Shown: piece after piece, positions 41,101 to 52,002 of the stretch
How positions within the stretch are numbered: the stretch's first letter is position 1
Layout: every line of letters begins with the position of its first letter
Assembly: GCA_951406725.2 (NCBI GenBank)
Contig: OX597814.1
Location: 24,800,001-24,864,000 of the forward strand
Length of the DNA: 64,000 nt
Direction of reading: 5' to 3'
Source of the DNA: Octopus vulgaris
Lineage: Eukaryota
Made by a program: the position numbers and the translations under genes
The notes under the pieces: model-generated
What the model was told of the DNA's origin: nothing
The model's database searches: none
The model's input: the letters and a program-made list of their open reading frames with translations, nothing else

Positions 41101-41270
41101 AACTCTAAAAACACAGCAGGTATATCACAAAATTCTGTCGAGTAGTTTTGTGTTAAGGTGTTCTCACTCTTTCCACGTATTTCATATGGAATCATTATTA
41201 TTAGTGTGGTCATTTTGACCCTCACGTCCAGCCTCATGATATTGTGTACTACCAACAACGATTTAATGAC
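38178..41270 (+). mobile_element. Decayed Gypsy LTR retrotransposon (gag, protease region, integrase; RT/RNaseH apparently deleted) with diverged LTR-like repeats
   Basis: Gag-like FMQLEAHF near 38650. Integrase motifs WVRNRVSCQKAK...RIHTDIIGP, LTTDRGQQFESSLFTELTQLL and RFHRQL. Direct repeats at 38178-38558 (with a ~140-bp insert) and 41043-41270. Confidence 0.8.
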
Positions 41271-41484
41271 CAGAGCAACTAAAATGATGGTCCATTAAAT
41301 ACTTTTTGAACTGTTGCAAAAAAGAAAATTATATATTTTTCCGTATATCAATCATTAGATTTTAATTTTTATTAAATCCATAAAAAGTTTCCTCCTCTGC
41401 ATTTTGAGCACTTCAAATTTGCATAATTTTGTTTGAATATGAACCAAATTAAATTGTGTAATTCTTTTCCTATTAAAACTTTAC

Positions 41485-41700
41485 TGCCTTATAATTGCAA
41501 ACGTCTAAATGAATCTTCCTTCGAACAACCAACTACATCTAAAGGAACTACTTACTGTATAACCATGAAAACAAGTACAACCTCTAAATATTACATTGGA
41601 TTAAATATAAATTCACTCAAAATAAGACACCTTCAGCATAAAAAACACATTTAATCCCATCTTAGACATACAATCTGTCTTTTCTGCCCTTAAAGCGTAA
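41485..41700 (+). mobile_element. Penelope-like GIY-YIG endonuclease relic
   Basis: YNCKR...GTTYCITMKTSTTSKYYIGLNINSLKIRHLQHK fits the CNC...G-x-x-Y...YIG...K-x-R...H pattern of Penelope endonucleases. Confidence 0.5.
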
Positions 41701-42114
41701 GGAATATAATTAGCAAAACGTTGTCTACTTGATAGAAATTCTGAATTGTATAGTAGTGTACATAAATGTTTGTCATGCACTTATGTATGTTTTTCACACA
41801 TATATTAGATGACGAAGGAAGAAAATTGAGTTAATTCATGTTTGTAAGTAACGTCATAGAAAAATACGAAGGTAATAAATTAGTCCTGAATTACAGGTTT
41901 ATTAGACGGGAGCCTATATCGGGTCGTACGGCATTTAAACAAGTATGAAGAAAACATACCGTGAATAGGATGCAATCCTATTGTGAGGTTGCCACCTACT
42001 AGTTATTTTCAGTTGAAAGGACAATGCATTTCGAAAGGCAGTGCCTTTCTCAAAGACACAACGCTTGAACTGGTCTAGAAGAGAACCGATGACTTAACAA
42101 CCGTGATCCTAATA

Positions 42115-42321
42115 ACTATTTCTTTACTACCCACAAGGGGCTAAACACAGAGAGGACAAACAAGGACAGACAAACGGATTAAGTCGATTATATCGACCCC
42201 AGTGCGTAACTGGTACTTAATTTATCGACCCCGAAAGGATGAAAGGCAAAGTCGACCTCGACGGAATCTGAACTCAGAACGCAACGGTGTGCTAACGATT
42301 CTGCCAACTCACCGCCTTCCA
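42115..42321 (-). mobile_element. Family-2 SINE with TSD
   Basis: 11-bp TSD TGATCCTAATA at 42104-42114 and 42322-42332. Confidence 0.88.
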
Positions 42322-42876
42322 TGATCCTAATATCCTTAATCACTAAATACGCCTTCACACATATGTAAATAAGTTTGCAAAAAACATGAACCATGCAACA
42401 ATTTTCTCTCTATGAAGCGAATTATTGAATCCCTCAAACTATCTAATAATTCTACACCTACGCCACCCCTTAATATTAAATTATTTTAAAATTATATTTA
42501 GTTTCTTCAAATTTTTCTGTAAATTTTTAATATTAATTTTAGTTATTGACTATTTATAATAAGACTAAGACTGAATATTTAATGGAAGAAACTTCCCTCA
42601 AGAAATTAAGTCTTATGTTACTAAGAAGACATTTACTCGTCTATGTCTTGTAGCTAACACTTAAATATGTATTAGTTTCAGTTGCTTGTTTGCATAATTG
42701 AGTATTTTAAATTCCTCAAACTATTTTGATATTTTAAAATATTATATATTTTTTTATATTTTATGTTCGGTTGGCTTAATTGTAATACAATGAGCTAGTC
42801 AAGTCCTCCCTTTCTTTACATTTCCCATCCTATTATTGTCCCGAGTTTTATAATGTATGCAATATTTTACGAGTAG

Positions 42877-43210
42877 TAATGCGGCGAGCAGGCAGAAACG
42901 TTAGCGCGCCGGGCGAAATGCTTAGCAGTATTTCGTCTGCCGTTACGTTCCGAGTTCAAATTCCGGCGAGGCCGACTTTGCCTTTCATCCTTTAGAGGTC
43001 GATAAATTAAGTACCAGTTACGCACTGGGGTCGATGTAATCGACTTAATCCGTTTGTCTGTCCTTGTTTGTCCTCTCTATGTTTAGCCCCTTGTGATCAA
43101 TAAAGAAATAATAAAAATTAAGTACCAGTTGCGTACTGGGGTAGATCTAATCGACTGCCCCCCCCCCCATACACACAAAAAATTCAGGCCTTATGCTTAG
43201 AGTAGAAAAG
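42877..43210 (+). mobile_element. Family-2 (Nin/Deu-domain-like) SINE with two successive tails
   Basis: tRNA-like head and gactttgcctttcatccttt...gtcgataaattaagtaccag module. TSD aatattttac[g/c]agtag at 42861-42876 and 43211-43226. Confidence 0.88.
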
Positions 43211-45129
43211 AATATTTTACCAGTAGCTCTCATTGCATGACTGGAGATTCACCAATGAAATTCCAATAAATAGCATTCGGTACCCTTTCCAGCCTTCTAA
43301 AATATTTATATTGTTCTACACTTAGAACTATCTGTAATCTGTACTTGGGCCCATAATTACAGTATTGTGAGTGTGGTGGGGTGCATAATCAAGCAAAATG
43401 AAGACACTGTAAGCTTCATTGTATGATACCAGTCTACGTAGATAGTAATTAAGAAAGAGAACCGACATGGGGAAGGTGGAACGCATTAGACATCGTCCAG
43501 GATAACCCTCTAGTGCTGGAGATGCGATACAGTGTGAAACAAGCACAATACCAAAGTTAGCTGGTTGTTTCTTTTTTTTTACTATGCATAGACACTGATG
43601 TAAACTATGAGGACCGGTCCGACCCATCAAAGCATGGTAAGACAGACGAAAAAATTATGAGGATGATGTGGCACGTTGGGCAACTCTCTTTCATTACGGC
43701 TCCGTACCGACCAAAGTCGTGTGTATTATATAATTGCCATTGCTGTATTGATATCTAAAAAACACATATACAGCTCACTTATTATTGTCATATAAGAAAC
43801 AAACAAAAAGTTCAAGTATGAAATTGATCTTTTTCTACTTCAATTATTACATGTTTTTTCTTATAAAATACACACATACAGGAGGAGTAAATCTACATAT
43901 ATAATAACACGTTGAATGTGGCTTCCGAGAAAGAGTAAAAAGTAATTGCCCTATCAACGACGGGTATTACTGCAAGTATATATATATATAAGTTTAAATT
44001 TTATATTTTCTGTTATGACTTTTGCACATTGTGGATATTTTACACCCACAGAATGTTTTATCTTCGCTATGGTATTTAACTGTTTTATTTTTGTGCTACA
44101 CTTATAACAAATTAACATTTCTTCAAGTGTCACCCATTTGAGAAAACAAGGGAATTATTCTCATTATTGTTGTGCAGAGATGTTAAAAATCTCACATCTG
44201 AATACCGTTAATTTGCACCAAATGAAATTATGCGGAAAAATAACTTTTTAACGTGGAACCTTTACAAAATAATGCATAAATGTAATTGTTTACATTATTT
44301 TACCTTGTTCAGGGAGAAAGGAATGTTATTTCCAACGAAAATATTATTCTCCTACTCGTAAATCAACAACGTGGTACCTCGTATAGAAACACCAACCAAA
44401 ATTCGATTGAGACGAAACCAAGAAAGCGAATTCAGTTTCTCGACAGAATACATACACAGACATAATTCACAAACTAAAAGTTTTATGACGGAAAATAATA
44501 TTATTTAGAGCAATTTAAACGAAACCATTAACAATTTCAACAATCATAACATCAGCGGCGATACACGTTTCGACAAGGGAAACGAGTGCAAAGATTGAAT
44601 TAATTCCTTGAAAAGTAGTCGGAATTTCCCTTCGTTCGCTGGCGTGGACTTAAAAAGACATATACTGGAAATGAACTACCTGACAAGAAAAAGTCTATCT
44701 GACAGAGTTTTGAAACAAAGAAAGTTGTGAATATACTCAGTTCCTTACTAAAAAGCGAATGAAAGAGAGAACAGTATATCTTGAAAACCACAGGGTCATT
44801 TCTTAATAAAAATTAGTTGCAGGTAGCCCTAACCTATGTGTAAATTTATCGTGTGTTTCAATGGGTCTTAACGTCAAAACTAAATGAATTATAAGATCGA
44901 CGGGCCTTCGTGGCTTTGTTTCATCTCCCTACGTTCTGAGTCAGTTTTGCCTTTAATTTTTATTCCTTTAGGATTGATAAAGTAAAGTATCAAAGTTAGG
45001 AGCTTGATTTCATTGAATAACTCTTCTATATAAGAAACAATTATTATCATTATTATTATTTGTTTGACTTTTGATTTGTATTTGTACAAGCTGGCTTCAA
45101 GTCTCACCCAGAGACCTTAAGAGACAACA

Positions 45130-46152
45130 AGTTACAAGTTCATGTTTGTGTTATGCCTAAGGTGTCATATATTTGGCTTTGCACATAGTATTGTTCTAGA
45201 AAATGTTTCAGAAGACATAAGAAAATCGAGTTTGTTTGAAAATTTGAGATTATATAGACTGTATTTTACCTAGGATATGGGCAGTTCCCATGAGCACTCT
45301 TTTGAATTTCTGCCATTTTGGGGTTTCCTGGTATCTGAGCCAGGTAGCAATCAGCCCCTTTTGCTATCATTCCCAGGGCACCTATGACAACAGGCATTGT
45401 TTTAGTCTTGAAGTTCCACATTTTGTCAATTTCTATTTCAATATCTTTATACTTGCTCAGTGTTTGGTAGATCTTGACAGATACATTTATGTCAATTGGG
45501 ACAGTCACATCAATGAGGTGGCATGATTTTTGTCTGAAGTGTTTCAATGTAATGTCTGACCTATTCGCATCTATCTTTCTATCAGTTTGAATAAAGTTCC
45601 AGAGGAGTTTTTATCATGGAGCAGGTCCAAGTTTTTATCATGGAGTAGGTCCAAGTTTTTGAAAATTACCCGGTGAATATACTGTGCTGCTCTATCATGC
45701 CTGTTGAGATACTCAGTAGGCTCAAGAAGTAAAAATTCACGGCCACCCTCTTTTCTTGGCAGGTAAAGTCATTCTATACATCGTCAACAATTTTCGTATT
45801 TATCTGTCAAAATTACATATTTCAGTAATTGACTGGTTAATGATATTGAAACTGTAAGTCACGACTGGTATGGCTAAAGAATTGATCACTACGATCCTGT
45901 TTCTTACATTCAGCTCTGTCTTGAATATTGCCCTTACCCTGCGATAAGATTCTCTTCTGATCCTTTCCCTCATCACTTAATGCTTGATTCTGTCCACTTC
46001 AAATACCCCTACGTATTCGTAGTTCTCCGCTGGTCCTGATTCCTTTATGACATTCTGCTGGTCAAGATTAACGTTGGATGTTTCTGCCCCTTTTCCTTTG
46101 ATAAAGGTAGCTTTTACACATTTATCGAGGCCAAATTGCATCCTGATATTAT
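45130..46152 (-). mobile_element. RLE-type (R4/Dong-like) LINE relic, 3' part
   Basis: Encodes IRMQFGLDKC, NRSDI...LIDVTVP...KYKDIEIEIDKMW...PVVIGALG. Confidence 0.85.
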
Positions 46153-46765
46153 TGTAGTGATCCGACATCGGCGCGCGCTCGCGCACCGCCCATTTGTATT
46201 TCGCGCGTGTTGGTGCCTTCACCAAGGCACAGAAAGGAAGGCCCTCTCGCGCATGCGCGAACCACCGGTAGCACGACCCTATTGCCTACGTAGCAGTTAG
46301 CGAGGCAAGGGGGTCGTAGAACGTTTGACCGCTAGCGTCCAGCAAGCGGTGACTTGGGACCCAGCGATTGACGGCGACGGTCACGCATATATTCTCTCCG
46401 TCAGGATTAGATTCTAGCAGTCCTTTGGCCGAAGACTTTTAACCAAAATTGTTGCAGACCAACATCGTCTCCATTGTTCGACGCCATCTTGGACCCTTTC
46501 TGTTTTCATCGGCTGGACATTGTAAATATTACAATCTATGAACTTTCAGCCTTGCGCGCCCAGAATCAAGGACATCAGATAACACACTTATTGTTATTGT
46601 TTACCAAGAAAGAGAATAAAGTAGTTATATGTATATTTCACGTCTGCGTCTTGTTGTTTCCGACTTGTAGAATTCTGGATTATTAAAGTAACGGCTAGTG
46701 AGAGATTGCTTTGTGCACCCCAAAAGTGCACGAGGATATTCACACATCACGTTAAGTTCGTTACA
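46153..46765 (+). repeat. 5' LTR (613 bp)
   Basis: Starts TGTAGTGA and ends CGTTACA. Three substitutions seen relative to the 3' LTR; AATAAA at 46615-46620. Confidence 0.97.
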
Positions 46766-46767
46766 AG

Positions 46768-46785
46768 TGGTGACCCCGACGTGAT
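46768..46785 (+). promoter_or_regulatory. Primer-binding site for tRNA-Trp
   Basis: TGGTGACCCCGACGTGAT lies 2 nt after the LTR and is identical to the known tRNA-Trp PBS of avian sarcoma/leukosis viruses. Confidence 0.93.
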
Positions 46786-48305
46786 TCTGGTCTAAAACCA
46801 GAGATCACTTATCAACAAAAAAATCCAGTTTTTCTGCGAAGTCGGAACACGATTTAACTCTACGCATCAACTTTCGACGATTTGTTTCCGTCCTCTCGGA
46901 CCGTTATAGAAGGAGCCTCTTTCTTATTCTACAGCCATGATGACGGACGCCATCATCTATTCGATGCCTTTTCTCCACCTTCGTCATCATCATCGTCGTC
47001 TTTCTACTTCACGTCGTCGCTATCTTCGTCGCCATCATCACTAAGAACGATGTTGTCCCAAGTCCACTACAGTCGCCTTCCACCACCAACGTCGCCTTTC
47101 AACACCGTCGACCTCCACCAAGATGTACATGGCAACTCGCGGAAGTTTGGTCCACTTGCCGTTTGTGCATATGCACACCAAGGATTCACAGCACCGTCTT
47201 TCTACGAGATTTCTTCTGTTCCAGTTAACCTGTCACAGCATTGAAGCCACAACCGTTACACGATATGTGTTCAACCGGCATCTGCATTTTGTGATTTCAA
47301 CATTTCTGTTACAGAATGAACTGCTATTGTATATCAGGCTATTACAGACTGGTAAATTAATTCTTGTCTGGAATAGCCCGAGAGACATTTTTTCTATGCG
47401 CTGTATTTTTTGTATTTTGCTCGCATTCACCTTGTATGTATTTCTGTCGCACACACGTACACACACATAAATGCTCTCTCTCTCACATACATACGTCACA
47501 CGTGCTTTTCTCGCTTGTTTTGTTCCATGCTAAATTTGCCTTTTGTGGACACCCCTCATTTCTATAGACCCTAGGTTGGTCACGTATACATAGAGAGGGT
47601 TGTTTGTCCATTATAACGCGCCAGCATGTCATACTTTTGTTCCTGTGCGAACGAGGCATATAATCGCTTAACCACTGGCATATTCTTGCTGATTTTTGGT
47701 CTGGCAAGCACTATTGCATTTCATGCGCCTTTTGCTCCGCACGTGTACTTGCCTTGTTTTTTTGCAATACGTTTGCAGTAGCTTAGTTTTTCCCGACTCA
47801 TAGGACGTCGGATGTTCATATGCGCTGCGCCATGTTTAGGCGTAATTATTTTTCCCTGTTAGACCACTGTTGGTCACGTAATTAACAGAGAAAATTATCT
47901 GTGTCGCGCATCACACCAGCATGTTTGCACTTTTGCCTTTTGTGTTACTAGCGAGCTTCTGTCAATTCCATTTCCTCTCCTGCAGCAATTGATTTAACTG
48001 CTATTTTGCAGGATCAACTACCTTTAGAGAAGTTGGATTTTAATTTCGCCTAGGTTCAATAACTGTGAGTTCTGCCTCTTCTTCCGCTCCTTTCAGCGGA
48101 AGGGTTTATACTTTTGTGACGTATACACTTTCATGCATGCACTCTTGATTTTTGCTCATTGAGTATTTTTTCTCTTTTTCCTTTAGTAAATTTCTTGTGT
48201 ATGTTATAAATTTTGCCATTATATTATTGTGTGCTATTTGGTTATCTGGTGTCCACCTTGAGTTTTGCAGTCACTACAATAAGTTTCCTTTCGTGTGTAC
48301 GCACT

Positions 48306-48314
48306 GGAGGGGAG
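48306..48314 (+). promoter_or_regulatory. Polypurine tract
   Basis: GGAGGGGAG, 2 nt before the 3' LTR. Confidence 0.85.
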
Positions 48315-48316
48315 CC

Positions 48317-48929
48317 TGTAGTGATCCGACAACGGCGCGCGCTCGCGCACCGCCCATTTGTATTTCGCGCGTGTTGGTGCCTTCACCAAGGCACAGAAAG
48401 GAAGGCCCTCTCGCGCATGCGCGAACCACCGGTAGCACGACCCTATTGCCTACGTAGCAGTTAGCGAGGCAAGGGGGTCGTAGAACGTTTGACCGCTAGC
48501 GTCCAGCAAGCGGTGACTTGGGACCCAGCGATTGACGGCGACGGTCACGCATATATTCTCTCCGTCAGGATTAGATTCTAGCAGTCCTTTGGCCGAAGAC
48601 TTTTAACCAAAATTGTTGCAGACCAACATCGTCTCCATTGTTCGACGCCATCTTGGACCCTTTCTGTTTTCATCGGCTGGACATTGTAAATATTATAATC
48701 TATGAACTTTCAGCCTTGCGCGCCCAGAATCAAGGACATCAGATAACACACTTATTGTTATTGTTTACCAAGAAAGAGAATAAAGTAGTTATATGTATAT
48801 TTCACGTCTGCGTCTTGTTGTTTCCGACTTGTAGAATTCTGGATTATTAAAGTAACGGCTAGTGAGAGATTGCTTTGTGCTCCCCAAAAGTGCACGAGGA
48901 TATTCACACATCACGTTAAGTTCGTTACA
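48317..48929 (+). repeat. 3' LTR (613 bp)
   Basis: Direct repeat of 46153-46765. Confidence 0.97.
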
Positions 48930-49450
48930 TTATCATTGAATAGTTTAACGATTGCTAGTAAGCCCTGTAGTTGTTGTAATTTTTTTTTTTTTTGCAAAGA
49001 GCTTTAAATCATCCATATAAATGAGAGGATTTATATTTTTATCGAACATTTTATAACCGTATTGTATATCATCGAACAATTTCGAGAGTCACCCTGGAAA
49101 ATGCCATACGAAATTCTTACATCTCCAGCATTAAGAGATTCATTGCCACTGCTCAAAGTCAGTGTGGTTCTTTATGATCTCATACTTACAGACAAGAAGT
49201 TTCGCTGAAGAGGTGCTATTTTATACCTTTCCAGACATTTCTTAATCCAGCTATGTGGTAGACTATCAAAATCTTTTTTATAGTCTATCCATGCTATTGA
49301 CAAGTTTTTTGTGTCGTTTGTGACAATCTTCCAAGATCATCGTATTGAAGAGTAGTTGATCTTTACAACCTTAGGACTCACGTTTACATCCTTTTTACTT
49401 ATTAGGGAATATGCCACTTTATATTAAATAAGCATTCAACCAGAAATTAG
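48930..49450 (-). mobile_element. RLE-type LINE relic, RT part (same copy as 45130-46152)
   Basis: Encodes IDYKKDFDSLPHSWI, GIFQGDS and LIYMDDLKLFAK. Joins in frame as FNDN-IRMQFGLDKC once the LTR element and one TSD are removed. Confidence 0.88.
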
Positions 49451-49624
49451 GAATTTTATCCTTTCCTGGGGACTTCCATTTGCTTGACTTCCTGAGAGCA
49501 GATCTGACATCCTTTGCTTTAATACCCTCCCACTTTTGCTCTTCTAAGGAGTCTAAATCTCGCATTCCCGCATTATTATTATTATTATTATTATTATTAG
49601 ACAGTAACCAATATCATGATTGGA

Positions 49625-49968
49625 GATATTGTGTCTACCGGCAGTTTTTACTGTCTGTCAAATCTCAAGGACCTCAGACAAACAGTACTTTACGCCAAAT
49701 GCGTGCTCGTCCAAGTAATGCCGATTTTTGCAATACATCTAATTGTAGGATATTTCTAAAATTTCCAGATTTTTCATATGCGGATTAGGTATAAGTAGGA
49801 TCTTTTGTATTTCGCTTATTTGGGGGTTGCCGGGGATTTGGTCCCACATACCTGTTTACTCGTCTTGATATCATTCTAAGTGCTCCAATAATAACAGGTA
49901 ATGTTGTTATTTTGAGATGCTGCATTCTTTCGGTTTCAATCTCCGGATCCTTATATTTGCTCAGTTTA
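49625..49968 (-). mobile_element. Two short RLE-LINE 3' fragments
   Basis: Encode KLSKYKDPEIE...PVIIGAL and LQKSALLGRARIWRKVL. Confidence 0.7.
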
Positions 49969-50687
49969 TCACCATCATCATTATCATCGAGTTCAAATCC
50001 CACCAAAGTTAACTTTGCCCTTCGTTCTTCTAGGGTCAATGAAATAAAGAACAAGCGCCAATGTAATCGCAAGAATTCTCGCTTCAAAACTTCTGCTCTT
50101 GTGCTTAAATCAGAAACCATTATCATCATTGACTATTTATGCTGCAATTTGTTACTTGCATACAATACTTACTTGAAAACATTTCCCTTTTCCTCGCAGT
50201 ATTAACATTTTGCAGTAAGTTATGCAAAACACGCTATAACTTCCCTTTCCATTTATTTGAATTATATTAATGCTGATCGTTCCTTTCATAACTATGAAAC
50301 TTTACTCTCAGCCATATTGATCTGATAACCGATAACTCTGCCGCACAATATAGGTTTCCTTCTGTTTATTTATTAATATATTACACGAATGTAATATATC
50401 TTTAATCCACATATGTAGTCACAAGACCTATTACTTACACATATACTCATGCAAACATGAGCATTCAAATGTACAACAGCACATAGACACACACACCAAA
50501 CTTTCCGTTTAGTATGAAAAGTGTAGGAAGTTTAGTTACCATACTTAACTTTGTTTTTGATTAAATTTTGCTCTACAGGTAGCAAAATGCCTTGCAGTTG
50601 TACAGAAGGTTTGGTAAGAGTAGTTCAGAAATTCATATCTAAATACTAAAATGACTCTCCTCTTAAAAAAGAATGAGAAAGAAACTG

Positions 50688-50770
<83 letters not shown>

Positions 50771-50771
50771 C

Positions 50772-51014
50772 AGGTATGGCATAGTGGTTAAGAGCGCGGG
50801 CTACTAACCCCAAAATTCCGAGTTCGATTCCAGGCAGTGACCTGAATGATGATGATGATAATAATAATAATAACAACAGCAACATCGAAAAATATCTTAG
50901 AAATGAGAACCAAGACACCTGAAGAACGCTGGGGTGGTATATCAGCCGAAATGTTGTGTTAACAACAAACAAGATGAGGACAAATACCCGTCAAATGTAA
51001 ATAAAGTAAATAAT
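50772..51014 (+). mobile_element. tRNA-headed SINE (family 4) carrying a hammerhead motif
   Basis: A box tggcatagtgg and B box gagttcgattcc, a (GAT/AAT)n spacer, the hammerhead at 50914-50960 and an aatgtaaataa tail. A similar tail is at about 12730-12755. Confidence 0.75.
50914..50960 (+). ncRNA. Minimal type I hammerhead ribozyme motif (partly mutated)
   Basis: Stem I GACAC/GTGTT, core CTGAAGA, stem II GCTG/CAGC, then GAAA and TGTT (GUU triplet). The closing pair of stem II is mismatched. Confidence 0.7.
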
Positions 51015-51329
51015 GATCATGAGATATGTCTACTTCATATGTTCTACGCAGAGGGAGAGAGAGAAAGAGATGGTGGAAGGGAGGAGGAGAGAGAGAAAGA
51101 AGGAAAGAGAGAGAGAGAGAGAGAATAACTCTTAAATAGTGTCTCCCTGATCATCCATTGCAGTTAGGCAATATCTAATGGTGAGTTCCAGATAACTACA
51201 ATAGAGGAAGCGTACGTAGAAACTAATAACTTATACATATGTATTCATATTTTAATTTTCCACTGTCAATATACATGCGCACATTTTTTTTTTCTCTCCT
51301 TGTTTCTCTCCGTGTTTCTTTTCTGTGTA

Positions 51330-51367
51330 TCTTTCTGTTGAAGAGCGTAGGCTCGAAACGTAAAAGA
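51330..51367 (+). ncRNA. Minimal type I hammerhead ribozyme motif (core A6 mutated)
   Basis: Stem I TCTTT/AAAGA, core CTGTTGA, stem II GAGC-gtag-GCTC, then GAAAC-GTA. Confidence 0.72.
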
Positions 51368-51620
51368 CTTGTTTTATTTATATTCCTGAGCGCCATACTA
51401 ATACAATTGTTTGTTTGTATTCCACTTGCCTTCGTCTTTTGTTTATTTTCATAAAGCTTCCCGTTACATATATACATATATATATTTGCATATACATACA
51501 TATCTAACGTGTGCGTGTACACTGGGTATGTAAGTATATGCATATATATATGACCGCGTGTGTATCGTTGGCTGTTTTTTTCCCTCCGTCTTCCATTCCT
51601 TGGATCTTTCCTTTTCCTAT

Positions 51621-51655
51621 GTTTCTGACGAAGAGCTCTGCTCGAAATGTTAAAT
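51621..51655 (+). ncRNA. Minimal type I hammerhead ribozyme motif (core intact)
   Basis: Stem I GTTT/AAAT, core CTGACGA, stem II GAGC-tct-GCTC, then GAAAT-GTT. Confidence 0.75.
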
Positions 51656-51967
51656 CTTCCTTCTTTCTTTCCTTTCCTGGGCGTCCAATAACACTATACT
51701 TGTTCCACGTCCTCGCGTTGTTGTGTTTTCATGTTTGGATTAACTTTATATGCATATATATATGTATGTATATATGTATGTGTACATGCATGTGTGTGTA
51801 TATTATATAGACAGTGGAAAATTGAAATATGCGTACATATGTATAAATTATTAGTTTCTACGTACGTTTCCCGATTGCAGTTATCTGGAACTCACCGTTA
51901 GATGCTCCAAGTATATTTGGATGCCTAACTGCTATGGATGATCAAGGAGACACTTTATTTTAAAGTT

Positions 51968-52002
<35 letters not shown>

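Larger units (their letters stand above)
46153..48929 (+). mobile_element. Young non-autonomous LTR retrotransposon (2777 bp, Gypsy-type signals)
   Basis: TG...CA LTRs at 46153-46765 and 48317-48929, 4-bp TSD TTAT (46149-46152 and 48930-48933), PBS and PPT. No pol ORF in the 1551-bp interior. Confidence 0.96.

Noticed and set aside
38178-41270. Gypsy relic as the helper of the young LTR element
   Set aside because: Its LTR-like repeats share no visible similarity with the 613-bp LTRs and it is far more decayed.
46474-46686. Duplicated 70-aa ORF (second copy at 48638-48850)
   Set aside because: It is duplicated only because it lies in the LTRs; it has a non-ATG start and no recognisable domain.
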